A stretch of DNA of 64,000 bases from Nitrospirota bacterium (GTDB taxonomy: Bacteria; Nitrospirota; UBA9217): assembly GCA_963818475.1 (NCBI GenBank), contig CAWFSF010000005.1:544001-608000 (forward strand), written 5' to 3'. The notes below the pieces were generated by a model that made no database searches, was not told the DNA's origin, and was given only the letters and a program-made list of their open reading frames with translations. The position numbers were made by a program, and so were the translations under genes. Numbering within the stretch: position 1 is the stretch's first letter; each line of letters begins with the position of its first letter. Below are positions 52,648 through 64,000 of this stretch, one piece after another.

Positions 52648-53907
52648 TTACTTCAGCTCTTCCGGTCTTCCGATCCTGCCGAGCACGGCCGATGCCGCTG
52701 CGATGGCCGGATTGGACAGATAGACTTCGCTCTTGGGAGAGCCCATCCTGCCGACGAAGTTGCGGTTGGTCGTGGCAATGGCGCGCTCGCCCGCCGCGAG
52801 AATGCCCATGTGGCCGCCGAGGCAGGGACCGCAGGTCGGCGTGCTGAAGGCCGCTCCCGCATCGATGAAGATGTCCACCAGCCCTTCTTTGATGCACTGC
52901 TTGTAGATCGCCTGCGTGGCCGGGATCACGATCATGCGCACATAGGGATGCACCTTGTGGCCTTTGATGACCTTTGCCGCTTCGCGCATGTCCTCGATCC
53001 TGCCGTTGGTGCAGGAGCCGACCACGGACTGGTCGATATTGATGGAGCCCAGCTGGCTTACGGGCTTCACGTTCTCGGGAAGGTGCGGGCAGGCGATCTG
53101 CGGCTCCATGCCGGTCAGGTCGTACTCGCGCACATCGACGTAATTCGCCTTTTTGTCGCTCTTGTAGAACTTGTACTTGCGCTGCGCGCGCTTCGCCACG
53201 TATTTCTCGGTGATCTCATCAGGCTCGATGATGCCGTTCTTGCCGCCCGCCTCGATCGCCATGTTGCAGATGGTCAGGCGTCCCGCCATGGGAAGTTTTC
53301 TGATGACTTCGCCGGTGAATTCCATGGCACGGTAGAGCGCGCCGTCCACGCCGATGTCGCCGATGGTATGCAGAATGATGTCCTTGCCGCCGACCCACTT
53401 GCCGAGTTTGCCTTTGTAGACGAACTTCATGCTCTCGGGCACCTTGAACCAGGCCTCGCCCGTGATCATGGCCGCGGCGACATCGGTGCTGCCCACGCCG
53501 GTCGAAAAGGCTCCCAGTCCGCCGTAGGTGCAGGTGTGGCTGTCCGCGCCGATCACCACATCGCCGGGCACCACGATCCCCTGTTCGGGAAGGAGCGCAT
53601 GCTCCACGCCCATCCGGCCGACCTCGAAGTACAGGGACAGGTCATGCTCGCGCGAGAACTGGCGGAGCATGTTGCACTGCTCGGCCGAGGCGATGTCCTT
53701 GTTCGGCGCAAAGTGGTCGGGGATCAGCGCGATCCGGTCGGAATTGAACACCTTTTTCGCGCCGGCGCCCCGGAACTCCTTGATCGAGATCGGCGCGGTG
53801 ATGTCGTTCGCCAGAACGAGATCGAGCTTCGCGTTGATCAGTTCGCCCGGCTTCACTTCTTTTTTGCCGCAGTGAGCGGCCAGTATCTTTTCTGTAATGG
53901 TCATCAT
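52648..53907 (-). CDS. leuC: 3-isopropylmalate dehydratase large subunit
   Basis: DSHTCT, GSCTNGR, CGPCLG, NRNFVGR. Confidence 0.95.
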   Translation of the reverse strand: MMTITEKILAAHCGKKEVKPGELINAKLDLVLANDITAPISIKEFRGAGAKKVFNSDRIALIPDHFAPNKDIASAEQCNMLRQFSREHDLSLYFEVGRMGVEHALLPEQGIVVPGDVVIGADSHTCTYGGLGAFSTGVGSTDVAAAMITGEAWFKVPESMKFVYKGKLGKWVGGKDIILHTIGDIGVDGALYRAMEFTGEVIRKLPMAGRLTICNMAIEAGGKNGIIEPDEITEKYVAKRAQRKYKFYKSDKKANYVDVREYDLTGMEPQIACPHLPENVKPVSQLGSINIDQSVVGSCTNGRIEDMREAAKVIKGHKVHPYVRMIVIPATQAIYKQCIKEGLVDIFIDAGAAFSTPTCGPCLGGHMGILAAGERAIATTNRNFVGRMGSPKSEVYLSNPAIAAASAVLGRIGRPEELK

Positions 53908-53941
53908 AGGTTTGTGAATATACAATATCCCCTGTTCAGAT

Positions 53942-55518
53942 TCAACCAAAAATAATGAACATGAAGGGCAGAACCTCACGTCTGTTCTTGTTCTTTCCCT
54001 TTTTCCAGTACTCCAGTTTGTTCAGGGCGTTCACATAGGCCTTGGCGCTCGCAATGATGATGTCCGTGTCCGCACCGTGGCCGGCGACCTTCTTGCCCTC
54101 TTCCTCAACCTTCACCGTCACCTCGCCCAGAGCGTCGGTACCGCCCGTAATACCCTTCACAAGATAGGCGTCGAGCTTGCTCTTGGTACCCGTGATCGCT
54201 GCGATGGTTCGATATACGGCGTCAACCGGGCCGTCGCCCGTGCCGGTCTGCTTAACGCATCGTGCCGTTCACCTGCATTTCCACCGTGGCTGTCGGCGTA
54301 ATCCCGGTACCGCTTTCCGCCTTGCAGGCTTTTCAGCACATACACCTCGGCTATGTGCTTTACTTTGTCGGAGATAAGCGCCTCGATGTCCTCATCGAAC
54401 ACTTCCTTTTTCTTGTCCGCCAGGGTGAGGAATGCCTCGTATACCTTCTCGAACTCCGCGTCGGGCAGTTCGTTGCCGAGTTCTGCGATCCGGTGACGAA
54501 GCGCATGGCGCCCGGAACGGGCGGTGAGTACAATAGAAGATCCACCTGCACCGACATCCGCCGGATCGATGATCTCGTAGGTGGAACGCTCCTTGAGCAC
54601 GCCGTCCTGATGGATCCCGGAGGAGTGGGCAAAGGCATTTGCGCCCGACGATCGCCTTGTTCGGCTGGATAACGATGCCGGTGATGGAAGAGACCAGGCG
54701 CGAGGTCGCGAATGATCTCCTTTGCATTGATGTTCGTGTCGGCGTCGAAATAATCACGGCGCTGACGCAAGCGCCATGACCACTTCTTCCATGGCAGTGT
54801 TCCCGGCGCGTTCGCCGATGCCGTTGATGGTGCACTCGACCTGTCCGGCGCCGTTCTTGATACCGGCGAGCGCGTTCGCCGTGGCCATGCCGAGGTCATT
54901 ATGGCAATGCACGGATATGGTAACGTTCTCGATGCCGGGCACGTTTTCCCTGATGCCTCTGATGAGCGCACCGAACTCCTCGGGATAGGTATAGCCGGTC
55001 GTATCCGGGATGTTCACGACCGTAGCGCCGGCCTTGATGACCGCCTCAACCATGCGGTAGAGAAAGGCCGGCTCGGCCCGGCCTGCATCCTCGGCATAAA
55101 ACTCGACGTCGCCAACAAAGGAACGTGCGAGCTTTGACCGCGGCAATTGCTCGTTCCAGCGCCTCTTCGCGGCTGATCCGGAATTTATGCTGGAGATGGC
55201 TTTCGGAAACACCTATCCCCGTATGGATACGAGGGCGTTTTGCCGTTTTGAGCGCGTCAGCGGCAACTTCGATGTCTTTTGCCACGGCACGCGTGAGAGC
55301 CGCAGACGACGACGGCATCCCCGACCTCTTCACCGATCCTTCCGCACGCTTTCGAAATCACCAGGACTCGAGATCGGGAACCCTGCCTCAATGACATCGA
55401 CGCCGAGACGCACAAGCTGTCGCGCGATCTCGATCTTTTCCGCAGTGTTCATGCTCGCGCCCGGGGACTGTTCCCCGTCGCGAAGCGTGGTATCGAATAT
55501 TTTAACAATAGTGCTCAT
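53942..55518 (-). CDS. leuA: 2-isopropylmalate synthase (several indels)
   Basis: [35 protein letters not shown]. Confidence 0.92.
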
Positions 55519-55642
55519 ATACTCCTCCACTTCATGCCCGGTGAACAAGGCACGATGCAGACAACACATTCATAAAAAGAAAAGAGAGATCAGCATATGC
55601 TCGGATCTCTCAGCCAACTCACCGTCGTAACCGCTCTTGCGA

Positions 55643-56408
55643 TCAGGAGAGACTAAGCCGAGGCTTCCTTCGGTTTCCTCGGAGCAGACCGTACAGCGCT
55701 TCCGCCATGCCCAGCGGCACATAGAACATGGAGACCAGGAACAGGACCAGCGAAGGATGATAGGCGACGACCGCAAGGAACGCTGCAATGCCCACCAGTA
55801 TCCCGAAGGGCCGGCGCTCCTTCAGGTTGGCCTCTTTCAGGCTGTGGTAGGTGATGTTGCTCACCATCAGCGCCGGCCAGCAGGAACGTCAGGACCAGCA
55901 CCCAGTAGTCCTTGCCCACCATGTCCGCCAGCCACGCAAGCCGCAGGTGCTCCAGGATCCGGATGAGCTCGTCGTAGGCCAGCACGGTCGTGGCGATCAC
56001 GAGGGCCGCGGCGGGCGTCGGAAGCCCGGTAAAATGCTTTTTCTCGGCGCCGCCCATCTGCACGTTGAACCGTGCAAGCCGGAGCGCGGCGCAGGCGACC
56101 AGGAAGAACGAGCCGAGCCAGCCAAGCCTTCCCGAAGGACTGACAGCGTCCAGGTATAGACCAGGATGCCCGGGCGCAACGCCGAAGGAGATGACGTCCG
56201 ACAGCGAGTCGATCTCGATGCCGAACCGCGTCGCCGTATGCGTCATCCGTGCGACCCAGCCGTCCAGCACATCAAAGACCGACGCGATCATGATCGCCCA
56301 TGCCGCACGCTCATAGTCGGAATTGAACGATGCCGACGATGGAATAAAACCCGGAGAACATGCTCATCAGCGTGAGGAGGTTGGGAAGGATATAGATCCT
56401 TTTCTCAC
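55643..56408 (-). CDS. pssA: CDP-diacylglycerol-serine O-phosphatidyltransferase (indels)
   Basis: YILPNLLT, DVLDGWVAR..FGIEIDSLSD, RLARFN. Confidence 0.9.
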
Positions 56409-56413
56409 CGATT

Positions 56414-57062
56414 TCAGACACCGCCGATGATGTCCCGCGTCACGCCCTTGATGCGGTCGCCGATCTTCACCTTCAGCTCCGTGTCCTTGGGGAGGAAGAG
56501 GTCCACCCGGGAACCGAACCGGATCAGGCCATAACGCTCGCCGATGTCGATCACGTCGCCCGGCTTTGCATAGCAGACGATGCGACGGGCAATGAGCCCG
56601 GCGATCTGCTTGACCAGGATCTTCTGTTTTCCCGTTGCGATGACCATGGCCGTCTGTTCGTTGTCGAGCGAGGCCTTGTCCACCGATGCCACATGGAACT
56701 TGCCGGGGTTGTACTTCACCGTCTCGACGGTGCCGCCCACCGGCGAACGGTTCACATGGACATTGAACACGGACAGGAAGATGCTGATCTGCTTCACGTC
56801 CTGCTTCAGGTAAGTCAGGCTCGTAGACGTCCTTGATCACGATCACCCTGCCGTCGGCAGGCGATACGACGAGGTGCTTCCCCTTCGGGAAGCTTCCGCT
56901 CCGGGTCGCGAAAGAAGAACAGGACGAAGAGCGTCAGCACCAGGAGAACGATGCCCGTGTTCTTCCAGCCGAAGGCAGAACAGCAGTCGCCGTAACGATC
57001 GCCAGCGGGATGATGAACATCCATCCTTCGGAGGCAACCGGTATGCCATAGTTTTTCATCAT
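56414..57062 (-). CDS. psd: Phosphatidylserine decarboxylase (indels)
   Basis: FFRDPER, IFLSVFNVHVNR, IRFGSRVD. Confidence 0.9.
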
Positions 57063-57069
57063 GCTTTAA

Positions 57070-57197
57070 ACCAATCTCGAAATTCTAATATCAAATCCAA
57101 AACAAATTCTAAACAACAAATATCAACAATGTGTAAATATTCGCTATTCGACATTAATAATTGTTTCGGATTTCGAAATTCGCATTTCGCATTTGCC
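57070..57197. repeat. AT-rich palindromic element of 7-mer units between ilvC and psd
   Basis: aatctcgaaattctaatatcaaatcc ... ttcggatttcgaaattcgcatttcgcattt. Confidence 0.65.
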
Positions 57198-58235
<1,038 letters not shown>

Positions 58236-58259
58236 TCAAATAGTATACGATGGAGGAGT

Positions 58260-58907
58260 CTATTGCAGCCTGCTTTTTCAGTTCTTCATCGGCAAAGATC
58301 TGGTTCAATGGCGCCGGAAAGCGCTTCGGCCATGGCGTTCTGATAAAGGCCGTCGAATAGACGACGTTCTGACGCTCGATCTTGCTGTTCACGTTCAGGA
58401 TGCGGATGATCTTCTTCTGCGCCACATCGGCCACAACGACCCGCAGCTCCACCTTGGCCTTTGACTTTCGTTTTCCGAACGGCGACGATTGCGTCCACCC
58501 AGAGGTCTTGATCTCTCCGCTCAGACCAGGAGGTCCGACCAGGCGCCGCGATACCGGCCTCGGTCAGGTCCCAGGCAGCGGCGTCCTTTGACCGGGATAT
58601 CCGCCGCGCTGCGAGCGCTGTCTTAAGCGCGGTCGTGACCTTGTCGACAACCGTACCCTGCACAACCAGATCGGTTGACCTCGTTCGTTCAGCGCGTTGA
58701 ACCGCTTCCCTACGACCGATTCGATCTTCCCCCGCTCGTCCTTGAAGGGGCTCACCGCCACGGTCACGGCTGCGGCCGCCGCGGGAACCGACTGCGGCTG
58801 CTGGTACTTGAAATCCGTCAGGATCGGACCCTTGGCGTGCACAATCTGCCGGAAGGGCAGCCAGAAAGAAGCGCTAGGCTGATACACAGAAGATATATCC
58901 GGTTCAT
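58260..58907 (-). CDS. YajG-like lipoprotein inserted in the ilv operon (several indels; end approximate)
   Basis: SD GGAGG; MNRIYLLCISLALLSGC lipobox; VAVSPFKDER. Confidence 0.6.
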
Positions 58908-58932
58908 GTCGACCTCCTTTTTTCCGTGGCAG

Positions 58933-59406
58933 CTACTCCCGGGTGATCGCGACCTTGCCGGTCCGTACGATCTCCTTGATGCCGATGGGCCGGAGAAGTT
59001 CGATGAAGGCCTCCAGCTTCTTTTCGTCTCCCGTCACCTGGAAGGTATAGGTCTTGATCGTCGAATCCACGACGCGGGCCCGGAAGATGTCGGCGATCCG
59101 GAGCGCCTCGGCCCGGTGCTCCGCCGGCGCGTTGACCTTGATGAGGCACATCTCCCGCTCAACATACTCCTTCTCCGCAAGGTCCGTCACCTTGATGACG
59201 TCGATCAGCTTGTTCAGCTGCTTGATGATCTGCTCCAGGATGCGCTCGTCGCCGGTGGTCACGATCGTCATCTGCGAGATCGTCGGGTCGAGCGTCGGAC
59301 CGATGGAAATGGTCTCGATATTGAAGCCCCTGCCGCTGAACAGGCCCGACACCCGCGACAGCACGCCGAATTTATTTTCCACCAGTACGGATATGATATG
59401 TTTCAT
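58933..59406 (-). CDS. ilvN: Acetolactate synthase small subunit
   Basis: [25 protein letters not shown]. Confidence 0.95.
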   Translation of the reverse strand: MKHIISVLVENKFGVLSRVSGLFSGRGFNIETISIGPTLDPTISQMTIVTTGDERILEQIIKQLNKLIDVIKVTDLAEKEYVEREMCLIKVNAPAEHRAEALRIADIFRARVVDSTIKTYTFQVTGDEKKLEAFIELLRPIGIKEIVRTGKVAITRE

Positions 59407-59479
59407 GCGTTCAGTATCGCCCGCCTTAGGCTTCACGTGATCGCAGCTTGTTTCCGCGTCGCAATCCGCATTCCGCGAT

Positions 59480-61223
59480 TCACTTCACCGCTTTCAGCTT
59501 TTTCTCTTCCTTCTTCTGCTCTTCCCCGAAGATCATCTCATTGATGGACGCGCCTGCCGGCACCATGGGGAAGACCTTTTCATACCGGGCGGTCACGAAA
59601 TCCATGAACACCGTCCGCTTCGCCTTCAGCGCCTCTTTCAGCACCGCCGCGACCTCCGACGGCTTCGTGGCGCGCAGGCCGATGGCGCCGTAGGCTTCGG
59701 CGAGCTTCACGAAGTCAGGCGTGCTGCCCAGGTCCACGGACGAGTATCGCTCCTGGTAGAACAGTTCCTGCCACTGCCGCACCATGCCGAGGTAGCGGTT
59801 GTTCAGGATCACCACTTTCACCGGAATCTTGTTCTCGACCGCCGTGGCAAGCTCCTGGATGTTCATCTGGATGCTGCCGTCGCCGGAGATGCAGAACACG
59901 TCTCTGTCCGGATTGGCCACCTTCGCGCCGATCGCCGCCGGGAACCCGTAGCCCATGGTGCCCGAGACCGCCGGAGGACAGCCAGTCGCGCGGCTTGTCG
60001 ATACTTGTAGTACTGCGCGGCCCACATCTGGTGCTGGCCCACATCGGTCACGATAATGGCATCGCCCCCGGTGATCTCGTAGAGCTTCTCGACCACGAAC
60101 TGCGGCTTGATGACGTCATCCGCGTATTCATAGGACAGCGGCCGCTCTTCCCGCCAGGCCTCGATCTGCTTGCTCCAGCTCTTGCGGATCGCGTCCCAGG
60201 GTTCCTTGCTGATGATGGAGTTCCTTGTTCAGGTCCACCATCACGTGCTTCACATCGCCCACGATCGGGATGTCCACGCGCACGTTCTTTCTGATCGACG
60301 TCGGGTCCACGTCGATATGGATGATCTTGGCCTCCGGCGCGAACCCTTCCACCTTGCCGGTCACGCGGTCGTCGAACCGTGCGCCGATGGCGACGATGAG
60401 GTCCGAGTTGTGGATCGCCATGTTGGCGTAGTAGGTGCCGTGCATGCCGAGCATGCCGAGCGAAAGCGGGTGCGTGCCCGGGAAGCCGCCGATGCCCATC
60501 AGCGTATGGGTCACCGGGATCTTCGTGATCTCGGCGAACTCGAGGATCTCCGCAGCGGCATTGGACAGGATGACGCCGCCGCCGATATAGGCGACCGGTT
60601 TCTTCGCCTTTGCGATGGCTTCCGCCGCCTGCTTGATCTGCCACTTGTTGCCGGTGACCGTCGGATTATAGCTGCGGATCTCCACCTTGTCCGGGCCAAT
60701 GGAACTCCGCCTTGTTCGTGACCACATCCCGCGGAAGGTCGATGAGCACCGGACCCGGCCTGCCCGTGGAGGCGATATAGAACGCCTCCTTGACGGTCTG
60801 GGCGATGTCCTTCACGTCCTTGACCAGGAAATTGTACTTGGTGCAGGGACGGGTGATGCCGACGATGTCCGCTTCCTGGAAGGCGTCGTTGCCGATCAGC
60901 GCCGTCGGCACCTGGCCGGTGAACACGACGATCGGGATGGAGTCCATATATGCCGTGGCAAGGCCGGTGACCACGTTCGTGGCGCCCGGGCCGGACGTAA
61001 CCAGCGCCACGCCGACCTTGCCGGTGGAGCGGGCATACCCGTCGGCCATGTGCACGCCGCCCTGCTCGTGGCGCGGCAGGATGATGCGGAGGTCCTTCTG
61101 CTCGTACAGAACGTCGAAGATCTTGAGCACCACGCCGCCGGGATAGCAGAAGAGCGTGTCCACCTTCTCCTTCTTCAGACATTCCAGGAATATTTCCGCA
61201 CCGGTGATTTCTTTATTGGACAT
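59480..61223 (-). CDS. ilvB: Acetolactate synthase large subunit (indels)
   Basis: [28 protein letters not shown]. Confidence 0.95.
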
Positions 61224-61349
61224 AGTTCACCCTTTGTCGTGAAAATTACAAATTTGAATTCCAAATCACAAATCCCAAATAATGCCCAAATGCTAAATTC
61301 AATATCCAACTTCTGACTTTCGTATTCTTCGGCTAACATTTGATGCTTG

Positions 61350-63006
61350 TTACGCTTTTACGATCGCTCCGGTGTTCGCCGAGGTAACGACCTTCGCGTA
61401 CCGGGCGAGCCAGCCGTTCTTGATCTTCGGCTCCCGCGGTTTCCACTTGGCAAGCCGCTTCTTGATCTCCGCTTTGGACAGCTTTGATCTCGAGTTTGCG
61501 GTTCGGGATGTCGAGAACGATCCTGTCCCCGTTCCGCACGATCGCGATGGGCCCGCCCTCGGCAGCCTCGGGAGAGATGTGGCCGATGCAGGGGCCGCGC
61601 GTGCCGCCCGAGAACCTGCCGTCGGTCAGAAGAACTACGGATTCGCCCAGTCCCATGCCGGAAATGGCCGACGTGGGAGAGAGCATTTCGCGCATGCCCG
61701 GCCCGCCCTTGGGCCCTTCATAGCGGATGACGATCACATGGCCGGGCTTGATCTTGTTCGCGAGGATGGCCTTCATCGACTCCTCCTCGGAATCGAACAC
61801 AATGGCCTTGCCCTCGAACTTCATCATCTTGTCGCTCACCGCGGTCTGCTTTACCACGCGAGCCGTTCGGCGCAAGGTTGCCGGAGAGCACGGCGATGCC
61901 GCCCTCTTTGTGGTAGGCCTTGTTCAGCGTCCGGATGACCTCGTCGTTCCCGACGCGGCCTGCCTTTGCCATGTTCGACGATCGATCTGCCGCTCACCGT
62001 CGGCGAGGTCTTGAGCATTTTCGTGAACCGCGACAACACGCCCGGGATGCCGCCTGCGGCATCGAGGTCCTCCATATAGGTGGGACCGCCGGGCAGCATG
62101 TTGCAGAGATGCGGCGTCGTGCGGCTGATCCTGTCAAAAGTCGCGATGGAAAGCTCGATGCCTGCCTCGTGGGCGATCGCCGGAATATGGAGCGTCGTAT
62201 TCGTCGAGCCGCCGAGCGCCATGTCGATGCGGATGGCGTTCTCGAAGGCGTTCTTGGTCATGATCTTGCGCGGCGTGAGATCTTCCTTCACCATGCCGAC
62301 GATCCGTTTGCCGCTGTCAAAGGCGATCCTGCGCTTTTCACCGGAGACCGCAAGCGCGGTGGCGCAGCCCGGAAGGCTCATGCCGATCGACTCGGTGACG
62401 CAGGCCATGGTGTTCGCCGTGTACATGCCCTGGCAGGAGCCGGGGCCGGGACAGGCGCAGGTCTCGAGCTCGGCAAGTTCGCGCTGGGACATCTCGCCCT
62501 TCCGCACCTTGCCCACGGCCTCGAAGGCGGTGATCAGGTTCACGCGGTTGCCGCGGTAATTGCCGGAATGCATGGCGCCGGCGGTCACCACGATCGTCGG
62601 GATGTTGACCCGCGCCGCTGCCATGAGCATGCCCGGCGTGATCTTGTCGCAGTTCGTGAGCAGCACCAGTCCGTCGAAAGCATTGGCCATGGCAATGGAT
62701 TCGACCATGTCGGCGATCAGCTCGCGCGAAGGCAGCGAATAATGCATGCCCACATGCCCCATGGCGATGCCGTCGCAGATGCCCGGCAGTGCCGAAGAAC
62801 TGCGGCCAGCCGCCGCCGGCATGGACGCCCTTCTCGATGAACCGCTCGAGGTCGCGCATCCCGATATGGCCCGGGATCAGGTCGGTAAAGCTCGTGGCAA
62901 CGCCGATCATGGGCTTGTCGAGCTCGCTCCGGGTGATGCCCGTTGCGAACAAAAGAGACCTGTGCGGCGCCCGCTCCAGGCCTTTCTTGATCCTGTCACT
63001 TCTCAA
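61350..63006 (-). CDS. ilvD: Dihydroxy-acid dehydratase (indels)
   Basis: [31 protein letters not shown]. Confidence 0.95.
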
Positions 63007-63070
63007 GGTGGCTGCTCCCTCAACGGAAAATAGTAGATATTTTTAACATAGATACGGGAAGTTAGTCAAT

Positions 63071-63109
63071 AAAAAAATCCCCCTTTGTCCTTTATGACAA
63101 AGGGGGATT
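63071..63109 (-). terminator. Intrinsic terminator
   Basis: aaaaaaatccccctttgtc...gacaaagggggatt. Confidence 0.75.
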
Positions 63110-63162
63110 CATGGTTTTCCGTGCAATAAAACACAAAAGGCAAGGTTGCCCGTCCCTTGCCT

Positions 63163-63411
63163 CTACCCGGTCAGGCTTGCCCGCTTCGTGTGCGCCTGAC
63201 TATGTTCCATCATCCTGTCTTTTGCCGCCAGCTTCAGCTTCTGCATCCTTTTCCGTTCGACTTCCTGCTCAGGAGTGAGATACCGGTGGGCTTCAAAGGT
63301 CTCAAGCGTTTGCTCCAGATTCTCATGCTCCTCTTCCCATTTCCTGTACTCCGGGTTCTCCATCCTGAGTCGCTCCCTTGCTGCTTCCTCATTTACCTCC
63401 ATCACATTCAT
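63163..63411 (-). CDS. DUF465/YdcH family protein
   Basis: EEHENLE...YLTPEQEVERKRMQKLKLAAKD; SD AAGGAGGG. Confidence 0.8.
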   Translation of the reverse strand: MNVMEVNEEAARERLRMENPEYRKWEEEHENLEQTLETFEAHRYLTPEQEVERKRMQKLKLAAKDRMMEHSQAHTKRASLTG

Positions 63412-63586
63412 ACACGTCCCTCCTTTTTATCGTCAGGATTGTTCATGTTTTAGAAGGTTGGAAAAGAACGTTTTCAGTGAGAAAAAGTTAACACACTTGC
63501 CAGAAAAAGGCAAGTCCATAAATTATCGTTTAAAAACAATATGATACAAGGTGGCCTATCCTTCATATTCAGCGGCACGTCAACCA

Positions 63587-64000
63587 TCACGGCAGCGATG
63601 CAAGATAGTTCAGCAGTTTTTCTCTGAACGCGGTATCTGAAAACGAACTGACATGGCCGGGGACAGGGCTGACCCAGAGTTCTTTCGGTTCCGAGGCGGC
63701 ATCGTACAGGAGTCGGCCATGGTGGCCGGGAACGATGCGGTCATCCGTGCCATAGACGATGAGCAGCGGTACGGGGGCGATGTCTTTGATCCTTTTCATG
63801 GGGCTGTAATCGTTATTGACCAGGAAGGAGAGCGGATACTGGAAGGGCCAGCCGACGATGGAATCCGCGATCTTTTCGCGCGCGATCATCCGGTAATCCG
63901 AGAAAACACTGTCAAGGATCAGTGCCTTCACGCGGTCCTTGTGGCGGGAGGTTGCGACCAGATGCGTGGCGATCGCGCCGCCCAGGCTCTTGCCGAATAC
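63587..64000 (-). CDS. Alpha/beta hydrolase (5' end outside the window)
   Basis: FGKSLGGA nucleophile elbow, GTDDRIV, PGH. Confidence 0.85.
   Translation of the reverse strand, partial: VFGKSLGGAIATHLVATSRHKDRVKALILDSVFSDYRMIAREKIADSIVGWPFQYPLSFLVNNDYSPMKRIKDIAPVPLLIVYGTDDRIVPGHHGRLLYDAASEPKELWVSPVPGHVSSFSDTAFREKLLNYLASLP

Overview
Core-genome window from a GC-rich anaerobic or microaerophilic bacterium. Gene order and content suggest Nitrospirota or Desulfobacterota (inference). Many genes, including essential ones, are split by single-base indels. This looks like uncorrected long-read assembly error, so split ORFs are reported as single genes with approximate ends. The window contains two sigma-54 two-component modules, each with a visible -24/-12 promoter on its target operon. 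It also carries a complete mercury-methylation locus (AbrB-like hgcC, hgcA, hgcB). Just upstream is an envelope cluster: an ExtI-like porin, an Ig-like lipoprotein, an internally duplicated lipoprotein with two CxxCH motifs and probably two beta-propellers, and an orphan FtsX/MacB-type permease. Other features are an orphan membrane-anchored ten-heme cytochrome c, a divergent cI/cro-like HTH pair without a phage, pyrEF, and the long ilvD-ilvB-ilvN-(lipoprotein)-ilvC-psd-pssA-leuA-leuC-leuD-leuB-asd-asd operon. Intergenic spaces hold many dispersed palindromic elements built from 9-mers or 7-mers, some nested. Several genes look leaderless. No rRNA, tRNA, CRISPR array, transposase or integrase was seen.
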